DNA of 64,000 nt from Isurus oxyrinchus (lineage: Eukaryota): contig JANJGN010000006.1 of NCBI GenBank assembly GCA_026770705.1, positions 14,136,001-14,200,000 on the forward strand. The letters run 5' to 3'. The notes under the pieces are model-generated. The model saw only the letters and a list, made by a program, of their open reading frames with translations, did not search any database and was not told where the DNA came from. The translations under genes were made by a program, and so were the position numbers. Below are positions 25,788 to 38,386 of this stretch, in pieces (within the stretch, counting starts at the first letter, position 1; each line of letters begins with the position of its first letter).

Positions 25788-28723
25788 TTGTATCTTTTCC
25801 TGACATCCTCCTGTGGATCCTTCCAGGACCAACGATGGTGTTTCTTCAGCAGTATGTACAAGGGACCAGTACAGTTCATAAGTTGGGTAAAAATTGCCCA
25901 TAGTAGTTTACCATCCCTAAAATTGATTTGAGTTTGGTGATGCTTGTCAGGGAAGGCTTGTTGCCTTAACCTTTTCTTCTGCATGTGTCCCAGCTAGGTA
26001 ATCTCAGTGTCTTAGAAAGTGTATTTCTTCTTGTTTTAGGTGAACTTCCGCTTCTAGAAATCTTTTTAATACCTCCTCTGAGTTTGCTAAATGCTCCCTC
26101 TCTGTTGGTCCAATTATGGGGGCATTGTCAACTGCAACCTGTGGTAGTCCCTGTAGCAGGCTCCCTAACGTCCTTTGAAATATTGCACATTCCGAAGACA
26201 TGCCAAAAGGGAGGCGCCTAGACTAGAATAGGTCTTTGTATGTGTTTATTGTGGCATACTCATGGGATGTGTTATCTAACTCAAGTTGCGGGTACACGTG
26301 GCTCAGATCCAAGTTACTGTAGGATTGACCTCCTGCCAGCTTTGTGTACAAATCTTCAATTCTTGGAATTGGATATTTACCCAACTTGGCGGCCTGGTTA
26401 ACTGTAAGCTTATAATAGCTGCAAATGTGGACGGTTTTATCCGGTTTCAGTATGGGGACAATGGGTGCTGCCCATTCCGAAAATTGAACCGACTGTATGA
26501 TGCCACGTTCCTCCAACCTGTTTAACTCAGCATCCACTTTTACTCTTAATGTATATGGTACTGGTCTTGCCTTAAAAAATCGGGGAGTTGCCTCTGGATC
26601 AACATAAATCTTTGCTTGCAAAACTTTGATTTTTCCTACTTTGTTGCGAAAGACGCTGTTGTATTTTTTCAACAAATCTAGCAATCCCCCTGCCTGCACT
26701 TGACAAATCTCGGACCAATTTAACTTGATTTCTTTTAGCCAAGCACAGCCCAGAAGGCTTGATCCTTCCCCAGTCATATCACTGGGAGCTGGGCTGACTG
26801 CTGCCCATAGCTCACAGGTACCATGGTGAAGCCTTTTACTCCAGTGTAAGTCTTCAACTGGGCAGAAGTTCTCTCCAGGCTCAAGGGTTGGGTACATTTT
26901 CTCAGGTACTGAGACGTGTGCTCACCCATTACTGATGCCCCTGTATCCACATTCATAACGAGAGGCTTCCTGTTCACATGGAGTGTGACAGCAATAAGGT
27001 TTGCCTTGACTGCTTTAAGATTAAAAAGAGAGAATGAATGTCAGAATCAGTTACTTCAGGCCTTTTCATGTTTGTACTTCCAACATCTTTGCTTGCTGGT
27101 TCCTTGACCATCTGGACTTAGCTCTGCACTGCTTTATCAAGTGTCCTCTTTTGCGACAGTAATAGCACTCGGCCTCCTTAAATATATGTTTCAGGAGTGT
27201 GCTCACCCTTCCCCACCCCCGTATCAGTAGCATTTCAACTTCAGGATCACTGTTTAATTGCCTCCAGTATTTTTTTTGATTTCTGGGTGATTGGGAATGA
27301 TTCCCGCCTCGTGGCTACTTCAGTGGTTTTGGTGCCACGCCCAGCTGCAAGTTTCCACCCTAACTGGTAAACGGCGCTGTACTAATTATAGTTTTGATAA
27401 ACGTAGAACTGTAGCTTTTAGAATAATCTGCTGTTGTAAGGTCACGTGATCTGTGTAAACCAAAGTGTTAGCAGTGTGGGGAACCTCCTGGAGAGAGTTG
27501 TTCTTTAGTTTTCAAGTTTGATGCACAAACCTAGCTTCTGCTGCTGTCTTGTAAATAAAGTTCAATATTTCCACCAAGGAAAGCTGCCTGGAAAATCAAC
27601 TCTATTACAAACTGAATGACAAGGATAAATCAGATCCAGTGTTTCCCTTACCAAGCAATTGTGAGTATCTAAGATAATTTTTAAAAAAGGAAGATATACA
27701 CATCTGAGATGCCACAGTTTGGCAGAATTGATCCCTTTGAACCAGCCACAGATGGACAGGTCTCAATATATAGAATGTCTTGCATTCAACTTTCAAGCCA
27801 ACAAAATCACTGGGCAGAAAAAGAGGAGAGCGATTCTCCTGAGTATTTGTGGGAGCAAGACCTACACTTTAATTTGAAGCTTGATGGCCCCCAGTGCCCC
27901 TGAATTGAAGGCCTTCAGTGAATTAGTAGACCTCATTAAGAAACATTTCCAACCCCAGCCCTCAGTCACAATGCAGAGGTTCAGGTTCAAGTCACGGAAT
28001 AGAGCCCCGGGGGAGACCATTGCTACTTACGTGGTGAAATTGAAACAACTAATGGAATATTGTGATTTCGGTGAAACCCTGAATGACATGCTCATGGATC
28101 ATTTAGTCTGTGGTGTGCAGGAGGTTGCTATTCAGTGAAGGTTGCTGACTGAAGTGGATCTTGATTTTACGAAACATTAGAAATAGTGCTTGAAATGAAA
28201 AGCACTGTAAGGGATTCACAAGTGATTCAAGGTGCACAAAATGGCGCCATTTTCCCAGTTCGGTGGGAACGGTCAACCCAAAGTGATGCAAAAAGCTGGG
28301 ACTCCACCGTGAAGCGGGTAAGGGCCCCCGCTAACTGAAAACTTAGAGGAAACAGCTTAGCAGCAAATTCGAATATTAATCTTTATCGACATGGAAACAA
28401 TCATATTCCTAACAATTGGCAATTTAAAAAGGTGGAGTGTTATTTTTGTCACAAAAGTGGGCACATATTGAAACATTGCAAGGCGAGATTAAAGGCTTCC
28501 AGGCAACAAATGGAGTGCAGTGATGTATATTGTGTGGGAGAGCCAGAAACAACCAATTCTGATATTTATTCCTCATTCAACATGAAAGCTGGGAAGACAG
28601 AGTCAATTACTGTCACATTGCAAGCGAATGGTAAAACCTTAAAAATGGAAGTAGATGCTGGTACTTCTACCACTGTAGTTGGAGAACATATTTTCAAATA
28701 TTTAAATAAAGGTGATCAACAAT

Positions 28724-30353
28724 CAACATAGCCCTAGCTATGCCTGTCTCTTTATGGGATATGTGGAACATTCCTTGTTCCAGTCCTACTCCGGCCCCCT
28801 CCCACAACTCTTTCTCCAGTACATCGATGATTAGTTTGGTGCTGCTTCATGCTCTCGCCTGGACCTGGAAAAATTCATTAATTTTGCTTCCAATTTCCAC
28901 CCCTCCATCATTTTCACATGGACCATCTCTGACACTTCCCTTCCCTTCCTTGATCTCTCTGTCTCAATCTCTGGTGATAGACTGTCCACCAATATCCATT
29001 ACAAGCCTACCGACTCCCACAGCTACCTCGACTACAGCTCCTCACACCCCGCTTCCTGTAAGGACTCCATCCCGTTCTCTCAGATCCTTCGCCACCATCG
29101 CATCTGTTCTGATGATGCCACTTTCAAAAACAGTTCCTCTAACATGTCCTTCTTCTTCCTTAACCGAGGTTTTCCACCCACGGTGGTTGACAGGGCCCTC
29201 AACCATGTCCGGCCCATCTGCGCATCTGCCCTCACAGCTTCCTTTCCCTCCCAGACACATAATAGAGTCCCCCTTGTCCTCACTTATCACTCCACTAGCC
29301 TCCGCATTCAAAGGATCATCCTCTGCCATTTCTGCCAACTCCAGCATGATGCCACCACCAAACACATCTTCCCTTCACCCTCCCCGGTGGCATTCCGCAG
29401 GGATCGTTCCCTCCGGGACACCCTGGTCCACTCCTTCATCACCCCCTGCACCTCAACCCCCTCCCATGGCACCTTCCCATGCAACCGCAGAAGGTGCAAC
29501 ACCTGCACCTTCACTTCCTCTCTCCTCACCGTCCAAGGGCCCAAACAGTCCTTTCAAGTGAAGCAGCATTTCACTTGCTCTTCCCTCAATTTAGTCTACT
29601 GCAGTCGTTGTTCCCAATTAGGTTTCCTCTACATTGGAGAAACCAAACACAGACTGGGTGACCGCTTTGCAGAACACCTTCAGTCTGTCCGCAAGCATTA
29701 CCTGGACCCCCCTGTTGCTTGCCATTTCAACACTCCACGCTGCTCTCATGCCCAGATATGCGTCCTTGGCCTGCTGCAATGTTCCAGTGAAGCTCGACGC
29801 AAACCGGAGGAACAGCACCTCATCTTCCGACTAGGCAATTTACAGCCTTCTGGACTGAATATTGAGTTCAACAATTTTAGATCATTAACTCTCTCCTCCA
29901 TCCGCACCCCCTTTCTATTTCCCCCCTTTTTTTTCCAATAATTTATATAGATTTTTCTTTTCCCACCTATTTCCATTATTTTAAATGTATTTTCATCCAT
30001 TGTTTTATCTCTACCTTTTCGTCTTTTTTGATCCATTCACCCCACTCCACCCCCACTAGGGCTATCTGTACCTTGCTTGTCCTGCTTTCTAACCTTAATT
30101 AGCGTATTCCTTAGATAGTAGCACCACCTTCAACACCTCTTTGTCCTTTTGCCTGTGACATCTTTTGGTTATCTATACCTATCACTGGCTCTACCTGTCC
30201 CACCCCCCCCTTAAACCAGATTATATTTCACCTCTCTTCTATTTTTACTTAGTTCTGTTGACGGGTCATTCAGACTCGAAACATTAACTGTGTCCCTCTC
30301 CGCAGATACTGCCAGACTTGCTGAGTTTTTCCAGGTATTTTTGATTTTGTTTT
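28724..30353 (+). mobile_element. 5'-truncated Penelope-like retroelement (RT C-terminus, GIY-YIG endonuclease, terminal repeat)
   Basis: YIDD, LPFLDL, YLDYSSSHP, NLVYC..C...YIGETKHRLGDRFAEH, QPSGLN; direct repeat TGATCAACAAT at 28713-28723 and 30354-30364. Confidence 0.92.
30251..30289 (+). ncRNA. Hammerhead-like motif in the Penelope 3' repeat (CUGUUGA variant)
   Basis: AGUU-CUGUUGA-C-GGGUC-AUUCA-GACUC-GAAA-CAUU-AACU. Confidence 0.55.
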
Positions 30354-30649
30354 TGATCAACAATTACATTTGGAACAAACCTCTGCCAAGTTGAAAACAT
30401 ACACAGGCAAAGAAATTCAGGTAAAAGGCATCAGTAGAGTACATGTTTATTATAGACACCAAACAGCACAACTGCCGGTGATGGTATTGGAAAGCAGAGG
30501 GTCAAGCCTCCTAGGTCGAAATTGACTGAGGGAAATTAACCTTGATTGGCCAGTGAGATTTCAAAAGGAAGGGGGAAGAGTTCCTGAGTTGGAAAAGGAA
30601 CAAGGCAAGGTACTTCAGAAAGAGCCTGGAAAGTCCAAGGACCACAACT

Positions 30650-31066
30650 GGATGGAAAAGGTGTGTGTAGCCATTCAGCAACCTGAAGAAATGAAGACTG
30701 TCTTAAATAACAACATGGAAGAACAGCTGAAGAAACTCAAGGAGGTTCTGCTGAATTACAGAATTCAAGATGAAGCAAGTGAGTTTCGCAAAGAAAAGGA
30801 AAACCTGTCGAAAGAACTTCACACACTACGAGGATCCCTCAGGTCAAATTTCGTACCTCTGGAGGTAAAAATTGCGAAGGGAAACAGGAAGAATTTAAAG
30901 CTTCTTTGAACAAACTGAAGAACCAGTTGACAGAGAAGCTGCAGCAATTTTCAAGGTTCCAGGAGGAAGCCAACAGATACAAGAAGGAGTCAGAAGAGCT
31001 GAAGAATCAGCTGAATGAAGCTAAAGAGGCCTTGGAAGCAAAAGCCAAAGAATTTTCCAAGATATG
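30650..31066 (+). pseudogene. Host-like coiled-coil fragment, UACA/RAI14/ANKRD24-family-like, inside the LTR element
   Basis: EVLLNYRIQDE..SKELHTLRGSLRSNFVPLE, then after a frameshift CEGKQEEFKASLNKLKNQLTEKLQQFSRFQEEANRYKKESEELKNQL. Colinear with the UACA coiled-coil as I recall it; no search run. Confidence 0.62.
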
Positions 31067-32984
31067 AGTGGATAGTGGGTAACTCAACTACTGAACTATG
31101 ACAGGTTACGATTTCACCTGCGAGAAGTCTGGCCGACAGTAAGGCCATAAAGAAGGCCTAGACTAAACTCTGTGGTAGGAAGAAGAAGACAAAAAGGAAG
31201 GTTCCGAAAAGACAATAAAAGGCAGGAATGAAAAGTTGACCGGTGAATTGTTGGAAATTAGATTTGCTCATTTCCTATTTCACTACAGAACAGCCCCCCA
31301 CACTATGACAGGTGCAATACCTGCAGAATTACTGATGAGGTGCTGTCTTCGGACAAGGCTAAGTTTGACAATTCCCAATTTAGAGGGGAAGGTGGAGAAA
31401 ATTCAAGGGAACCAAAAGCGACTAATGATTTGCACAGTCTTGAGCGACAGTTTACTGTAGAGAAGCAGTTTATATAAGGAATTTCGGTGGAGGACCAAAG
31501 TGGTTACCTGGGTAAAGTAAGCTCTGTGACCAGACCATTGTCGTACCACGTGGAAGTGGAGGGCCAGATTACCCAGAAGCACGTGGATCACTTAAGAAGA
31601 AGGGAGATACCCCAACAAAATTATGTTCCACCTGTAACCATTGCTGAACCCGTGGCTCCTGTTGAAGTTACTCAACCAAGGATAGACATGCCTGATGTCT
31701 CTGTCAGAGTAGAAGACACTGAGTTGCCTGTGCCTAATGAGGTACCTGATGTTAATGCGGTTCCAGAGAACATGGTTCCTGTCAAAGAATCAGAAGTCGT
31801 GGAGCTACGACGTTTCACACAGATCAGGAAACTACCTGAATGACTTGAACTCGTAATGTTATGACCTGTATAAATATTGTAATGTCATGAGATAAATATC
31901 CTTGTAAATACAAAATGTACAGAAAAGTTAAAGGGGGAGGAATGTGGTAATTATAGTTTTGATAAAAGTAGGACAGTAGTTTTAAGGATAATTCTGTGTT
32001 GTAAGATCACATGACTTGTGTAAACTAATGAGTTTGCAGCTTGGTGAACCTCTGGGAGAGAGCTTTTCTTTAGTTACAGAGTTTGATGCACACATGTAGC
32101 TGCTGCTGCTGCCTTATAAATAAAGTTCAATTTTTCCACCAAGAAAACTTGCCTGGAAAATCAACTCCAAAGCAGACGCCATTTTGCAATCTCTGTAGCT
32201 CCTGCAAATCTTTCTCAGTGCCTTCCATGGCCTGTACCATCTCCATAGATTATCTAAAAGTTATATCGACTTCTGCAAGTAATTGAAGCTAAATGGCATT
32301 GTTGTACATGCCACAAACTAAACGGTCCTGTAGCATGCCATTCAAGGTCCCTCCAAAAGCAGAATGCTCTGACAATTGCTTCAACTTAAAAATATAAATC
32401 ATGATTGATTCGCCTGGGATCCTCACCCTTGTATTAACTTTGAATCTTTGCATAACGATCGATGGATTGGCCCTTTGCTAAATACCCAAGTTCACTGAAC
32501 AGTTTGGAGTTGGGTACGGTTGGGAATGTGAAACTGCGAATAAAGTCAAAGGTTTGACTCCCACAGATGCTCAAGAGAATTGCTTTGCACTTTGCCTCCT
32601 CCCCTGCTTAGTTGGCCTGAAAATAAAACCTGGGGCGCTCAATGTATTGACTCCAGTCCTCCATGGAGGAGTCAAATGGTCGATCCTCCTGAAGAGATGC
32701 ATCCTAGTGAGTATGTATATATTTTTTCTTTCCCTCTTTAAAACAAGATTCTCAAGTTGTAGGGTGAGAGGTAGCGCCAGGATCAATTATCATTGTCGCC
32801 AGATGTTGAGATGTACTATTGAGTGGCTTCTGTAGTTGGACAATGAACTTTATTTACAGGGTTGTTGGATTAGCTGTCTGCTTCTAGCAAGGCTACACTA
32901 TCTTTATGAGATTCCCATGCTCGGTGTTCATAGCTGTTCTGACCACGTGGCCCTTACTCAATTAGGTTGTCCTTAAAGCAACAT

Positions 32985-33450
32985 TTGCCACACCACACTT
33001 AGTCAAATGCTGCCTTGATGTCAAGGGCAGTCACTCTCACCTCACCTCAAGAGTTCAGCTTTTTTGTCCATGTTTGAGCCAAAGCTGTAATGAGGTCAGG
33101 AGCTGAATGGCCCTGGTGGAACCCAAACTGAGCATCAGTAAGCAGGTTAATGGGAATGCTAAGCAAGTGCCACTTGATAGCATTGTTGATGACACCTTCC
33201 ATTACTTTACCGATGATCAAGAGTAGACTGAGAGGGCTGGTAATTTCTGGTAATTGGCTGGGTTGGATTTGTCCTGCTTTATGTATACAGGACATAGCTG
33301 GGCAATTGTCCACATTGCTGGGTAGATGTCAGTGTTGTAGCTGTACTGGGATAGCTTGGTTAGGGGCGTGGTAGGTCCTGGAGCACAAGTCTTCAGTATT
33401 ATTGCCGGAATATTGTCAGGCCCATGGTCCTTGCAGTATCCAGTGCCTTC
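32985..33450 (-). mobile_element. CR1-group (Zenon-like) LINE RT fragment
   Basis: GPDNIPAIILKTCAP, KQDKSNPANY, DAQFGFHQGHSAPDLITAL, ALDIKAAFD. Confidence 0.82.
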
Positions 33451-33599
33451 AGCACTCATGGTCATCATTGCCAGGCACAGATCGCTTGGACAGATCACCA
33501 TGTTTCCCCACACACATCCCTCATACAGCCCTGCAGCCCTGCAGCCTCTTCCTGTGCCTGGGACCACTTCTCCCCCTTCCCCAATCAAACACTAGCCCT

Positions 33600-34036
33600 G
33601 CCGCCATTGAAAAGCCACCCTCGCATTATGACTGATCTGGTAGGTAAAGACCTGACCGTGAGCTCCCCTAAAAGTGATGTGATGCTGCCTGCGAAGCCTG
33701 GCACTGATGACCATGAGTGCTGCCCAAAGCAAGGTAGACAAACAAACCTCAAAGTCCCGAGTGAAGAGCAGCTCACCAGCTTATGTACAGTTGTGCTCGG
33801 AAGATCCAACATGGGGGTATAATTCTGGCGAGCAGGGCTTACAACCATATGCAGAGGCATTAAAGTGACTTTCCCGAGATCTGGTAGTGGGAAACACGGC
33901 CCGCCTTTGATGGGTGGAGCGGACAACCGCAAACTGGTTTTACGACGGGGTGAAACCAGTTTTAGGCCTTCCTGCCATATTGCCCACTCGCTTCCACCGT
34001 GACTCCCAATGCCAACGGGGATAGGAAATTCCAGCC
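33600..34036. mobile_element. Harbinger terminal remnant
   Basis: aaactggttttacgacgg...ggaaattccagcc resembles the terminus at 38280-38386. Confidence 0.5.
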
Positions 34037-34039
34037 ACA

Positions 34040-34328
34040 GTATCAGGATAAGGGGACCATCGTCTAGGATTGAGGTGAGTAGAAATGTCTTTACTCCAAG
34101 GGTTGTAACTCTTAAGAATTCTCCACCCCCAGAGGGTTGGGGACGTTCCATCATTGAATACACTTAAGGCTTAGATAGATAGATTTTTGTTCTCTCTGGG
34201 AACCAAGGGATATGGTGAGTGGGTGGGAAATGGAGCTGAAGCTGAAGGCCAGCCTTGATCGTATTGAATGGTGGAGCAGGCTCAGCAGGCCCTACCATCT
34301 ACCTGTGCTCCTAATTTCATATGTTCTG
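34040..34328 (+). mobile_element. CR1 3' fragment
   Basis: NVFTPRVV..NSP; tail gatcgtattgaatggtggagcaggctc...tcatatgttct. Confidence 0.8.
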
Positions 34329-36271
34329 ATGGTGACCACCTCAAAGTTTTCTCTGGTGAAGGCTGAGTTTTGAGGAAAGGAAAGGTAAGTATCTAACTTT
34401 ATGCTGCTGGCAGAAGACGTCACCTTCAGCTCAAATTGGTAAGTCCAGCACATGCAGTGCATGGTTTTCCAATAATCACAAGATCGTACATAACATGCGC
34501 CAAGACTTCCAATATATCCTCTCACTGCGTGAGGTTCTTTCCAAGAGCACAACACAAGAAAATTACCCTCAGTGTGATAGATTAAATTTGAACACTTTAT
34601 ATCACTAAATAATGGCATTGCCCATTGGCGCTGACAATAAGGATACTCAGTCAATCAGTATTAATGCTGTCTATTTGACACTTAACATACAACTCCCGCA
34701 AACTTGCTGATATTATCAATCTGAGTTAAAGCTTCCAATTAATACGATTGTAATTTTGAAAATATAATGACCCAGATTTTGTTGCCAAAATAATGGCAAG
34801 TTTAATGGCATTCTCTATTATTAATCTGTAAATCATTTAGCAAATTATGATGAGGAAGCGATATTGCATGAATTCCCAAATCGCCACGAGCCTCTGGATG
34901 AATTGTACCCCTCTGTGGTTAGCCTCAGGGAGATGGCAGCTCACCCTTAATCTCCCCATGAATTTCATGGTTACTGTATTTGCATATTAATTGCTGATTA
35001 AATTCGCCGCAGAAAGTTAGAATTTGTACTTCAAAGCGTAAGTACCCTCTTTAATGAGGATGTTTATGTTCCTAGAATGTCATTCAACCTCTTCAGCTCA
35101 GAAAATTTTACATTGCAAGGGTTAGAAGTTTGGCCCTGTGGTACATGGTTTTTCAGTGCTGCAAATGCTTTTGTCCAAGACGGTGTCCACGCTGCGCTCA
35201 CACAATTCTGATGAGCCAGGGTTGAGCCAGATGGCATTTTGATAAGGATTAAACAAGAGGTGCCCTTGACCCTTGTCAGTGGGCATTAGGCAATTAACAT
35301 ATGCAAATAAGGACCTGTTTCTGCTCCATCTTGGTTTCTGGCCAAGGCACCAGAGCTGATTGCCTCAGGGAAAACCAAAAGCCACACAGTACAGAATGAA
35401 AGAACAGTTAGTACTCACCTTAATTACATTGCTCCCTGCCCCAAGATCACAGACCTCACCCCTGACTCTAATGTCCAGGTGCTCACGATTTTCCTCTGGC
35501 TCCTGCCTCAAAGGCCGAGCACCTCCCCCTCCTCACCCCAATCGTACTCTGAGTTCCATTCAACTATATTTCAGACCCCCAGGATGTACTTTCCTGACCT
35601 CCTTATCCACATCCCCTGCCCCACTCTCAGGCCCTGTAGTTACTCCTCAAATCCCCATCATATTTACCCAATCGCTTATCTGAACTTTGGCACCTACCAC
35701 TTGCCTTCCACGTGATAATGAGGCCCTAGTCTCAAAACCCTGTGCTCCCTCCTCATTTGAGTGCAGGCTGTTAGCACTCTCTGGTGAGGCAGCCAGAAAT
35801 GGAAGCTGTTGAATGTCTAAGCCATTTAAAAAAAAAAAATCTTTTCTCTATCTTTATTCCTCTTTGTGTACCTGATTTGACTCCAATTCCTTCTTCGTTG
35901 TTCCTGTGTCTTTCACAAAGACTGTGACCTGTCACTTACCAAGGTTCCAGCTGCCCCATTGGCCTCACTTTTGCTTCAAGAAGTTTATGGTGCATATGTT
36001 TTCAAGCTCAAGGTGGGGGGGGGGGGGCAACGTTTAACCGAGGCGTACGCCATGAGCTGCTCCAAGCAAACTTGGGCCAAAAACACTATATGAGCCAGCC
36101 AACCATCAGAAAAAAGAAGCTACTAACAAAGTCACATCCTAGGGTTCCAAAGCAAAATACTTCATTCAGATAGCCTATTAAATAAGAAGATGGAATCTTG
36201 AGCTGCAGGAACTTGTGCCTGTATAAACTGGCATGAACAAAATTACCCAAAACAAACAAAAGGCAGAATCG

Positions 36272-36490
36272 AAAACAAAGAAAACTGCGGATGCTGGAAA
36301 TCCAAAACAAAAACAGAATTACCTGGAAAAACTCAGCAGGTCTGGCAGCATCGGCGGAGAAGAAAAGAGTTGACGTTTCGAGTCCTCATGACCCTTCAAC
36401 AGAACTTCGAAAGTTCTGTCGAAGGGTCATGAGGACTCGAAACGTCAACTCTTTTCTTCTCCGCCGATGCTGCCAGACCTGCTGAGTTTT
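36272..36490. mobile_element. Fold-back Penelope terminal mini-insertion with a hammerhead motif on each strand
   Basis: 80-bp inverted arms 36328-36407 / 36411-36490 (one mismatch, 3-nt loop); 14-bp TSD AAAAGGCAGAATCG at 36258-36271 and 36491-36504. Confidence 0.88.
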
Positions 36491-36494
36491 AAAA

Positions 36495-38386
36495 GGCAGA
36501 ATCGTCCCTGATTTGTACTGTGTGCAGTGGCAGGTGTGAAAAACATTGTTTTATCCACCAGCCGCAATGTCAGGTTTTCACACTGTATCTCCCCTTCCCG
36601 GCATGTCCTGCCTCACTAATAATGCATTTCCAGGAAACACGCCAGATCAGTGCCAGGGCTGCAGCTGATTTGTCCGCCCTGCTGTCACCTCAGGCCTTCA
36701 ATAATCTGGGTGCCATATTTAAAAAAGCAGCTCTGTGCAGAGCTAGCACTCTCTAAGGGATGGGAAGCTGTTGCAAAGTCGTGGCTGCCAAACGGAGGAA
36801 ACATGCTGCCCCCAAATTAGCAACGCCTCCTTTGGGTGCCCACTGGATGCAGTGGAGGCCCCACCGTGAAGTCCTCTATCCCCACTCTGGGCAAAGACCA
36901 GCAAGAAGGGTCACCAATCCAGCATGGGAGGCTGTGGCAGCTGTGGTCAGTGTCAACACCCTTCAAAAGAGGACAGCCATTCAGTGCCAGAAGAGGATGA
37001 ATGACCTCCTCCGTTCTGCCAGGGTAAGTCACTCTTCTCATCACTCTCAATTCACACACTCACAAACCTATCACGCACCCACAAGGATCTCATTAACTGC
37101 CAGTTCAAGGGACATCACCATTCACTCTTTCATCTGCTCTCCTGATCTTGTCCTCATCCTGTCCATGGCACCACTCTCCATCCATACATACCAGGCATCC
37201 TGCTCAGCTAATCTAGAAGGCATCCTGTTTATACTTTCTCCATTTGCATTCATGTAGGACAAGCTGGCACACAACAAAAGGGGGATGTCGCAGACTGGTG
37301 GAAAACTAAGCGCCATAGTCACTTTCGTGGCCACCAGGGGTGGATGCCCTCCATGTCCCAGTGGCACAAAGTCCTGCAGCAGCTGGCATATGCGACCGAG
37401 CATTTCCCTCGACAGGCGCAGTATTCAGCGACGCTGGTTCTCAGTCATCTGCAGGAATGACAAGCGCCATCTGTGGGCCTTGGGTCTAGCGAGGTGCCCA
37501 CGAGTGACAGCTCGCTGTGGATCTTCAGCTGCGTGTGCAGGAGAGCCTGCCACCCCTTCATCTTGAGGGAGCTGCTCCTCCCTCTGCTGAGCCAGGCGCC
37601 TCTGCCGCTGTCTCCAAAGCGTCAGAGGCCCAACTCCCAGCCCGTCCAAGGAGCAGCAGCTGAACAGTCTCAGCTGCAGAAGAATGCTCACTTTGACAAG
37701 CTCTTCTAAGTGCATGGCCACTTCCCTCACCCCTCCAACCCCCCCATCGCCTTGGCATGTGCTCGAGTATTTCCTTCAGCCTGTGTTACCGTGCCCCCCC
37801 ATCCCCCAGCATGCGCTTGAGTACTTCCTTCAATCTGTGCAGCCATGCTCCTACAACCTCCCCCCATACCCACGGCCTGACTTGCACTGGAACCCTTCCT
37901 CCGGCACCACACTGAAGACCAACCGGCTTGCCTGTACCCGGTCCCCGCACCACCCCCCCCCCCACCACCCCCCCCCGACCCCTCTGCCCCCCTACCGAAT
38001 GCGGCGCCTCTTCCTTGATGCCCTACGGACAATGCTCACGAGCGCTGCGCAAGGTAGTGTGCACTGACCCCGTGTTCCCCTCAAAATTCAGATCGCCAGA
38101 CGCATGCCTCTTAAAGGCAGTCATGATGTCCGCCATTCTGAAGTCACGCCAATATGGGCAGTAAATTTGACATGGGAGGATGATTCCGGCAAGCAGGGCT
38201 GATAATGAGATGCTAAAGTATTGAAATGAGGTTACTGACGTGCCGCGGTGGGAAACATGGCTCGTCATTGGACGATTGCAAACTGGTTTCATGACGGCGT
38301 GAAATTGATTTTTGGTCTTCTTGCCGTATTGTCGTTCCCCCAACCTGCCATGATGCCTGACGCCAAAGGTGCTGGAACATTCCGGC
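36495..38386 (+). mobile_element. Internally deleted Harbinger (Myb/SANT exons on +, transposase 5' part on -)
   Basis: AWEAVAAVVSVNTLQKRTAIQCQKRMNDL, donor GCCAGG|gtaagt at ~37022; minus-strand ICQLLQDFVPLGHGGHPPLVATKVT; termini GGCAGAATC.../...ACATTCCGGC. Confidence 0.8.

Larger units (their letters stand above)
27378..32174 (+). mobile_element. Non-autonomous Gypsy LTR element: LTR-gag-PR-[coiled-coil cargo]-IN tail-PPT-LTR
   Basis: 232-bp LTRs at 27378-27609 and 31943-32174 (TG..CA); 5-bp TSD GGCGC/GACGC; PPT AAAGGGGGAGGAA; gag QRFRFKSR, CYFCHKSGH; PR MEVDAGT; IN tail HFLFHYRTAPH; no RT or RNaseH. Confidence 0.88.
25790..32983 (-). mobile_element. Outer Gypsy element (5' LTR 32804-32983, PBS TGGCGAC, gag, protease, RT) split by the 27378-32174 insertion
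   Basis: LTR TGTTG...CAACA; gag AILLSICGSQTF, QDRLVCG (32180-32700); knuckle CYYCRKRGH (~27150); protease VDTGAS; RT PRFFKARPVPY, WAAPIVPILK, YPIPRIEDL. Confidence 0.85.

Noticed and set aside
28740-29561. 273-aa Ser/Pro/Thr-rich ORF
   Set aside because: Alternative frame of the Penelope RT/GIY-YIG sequence.
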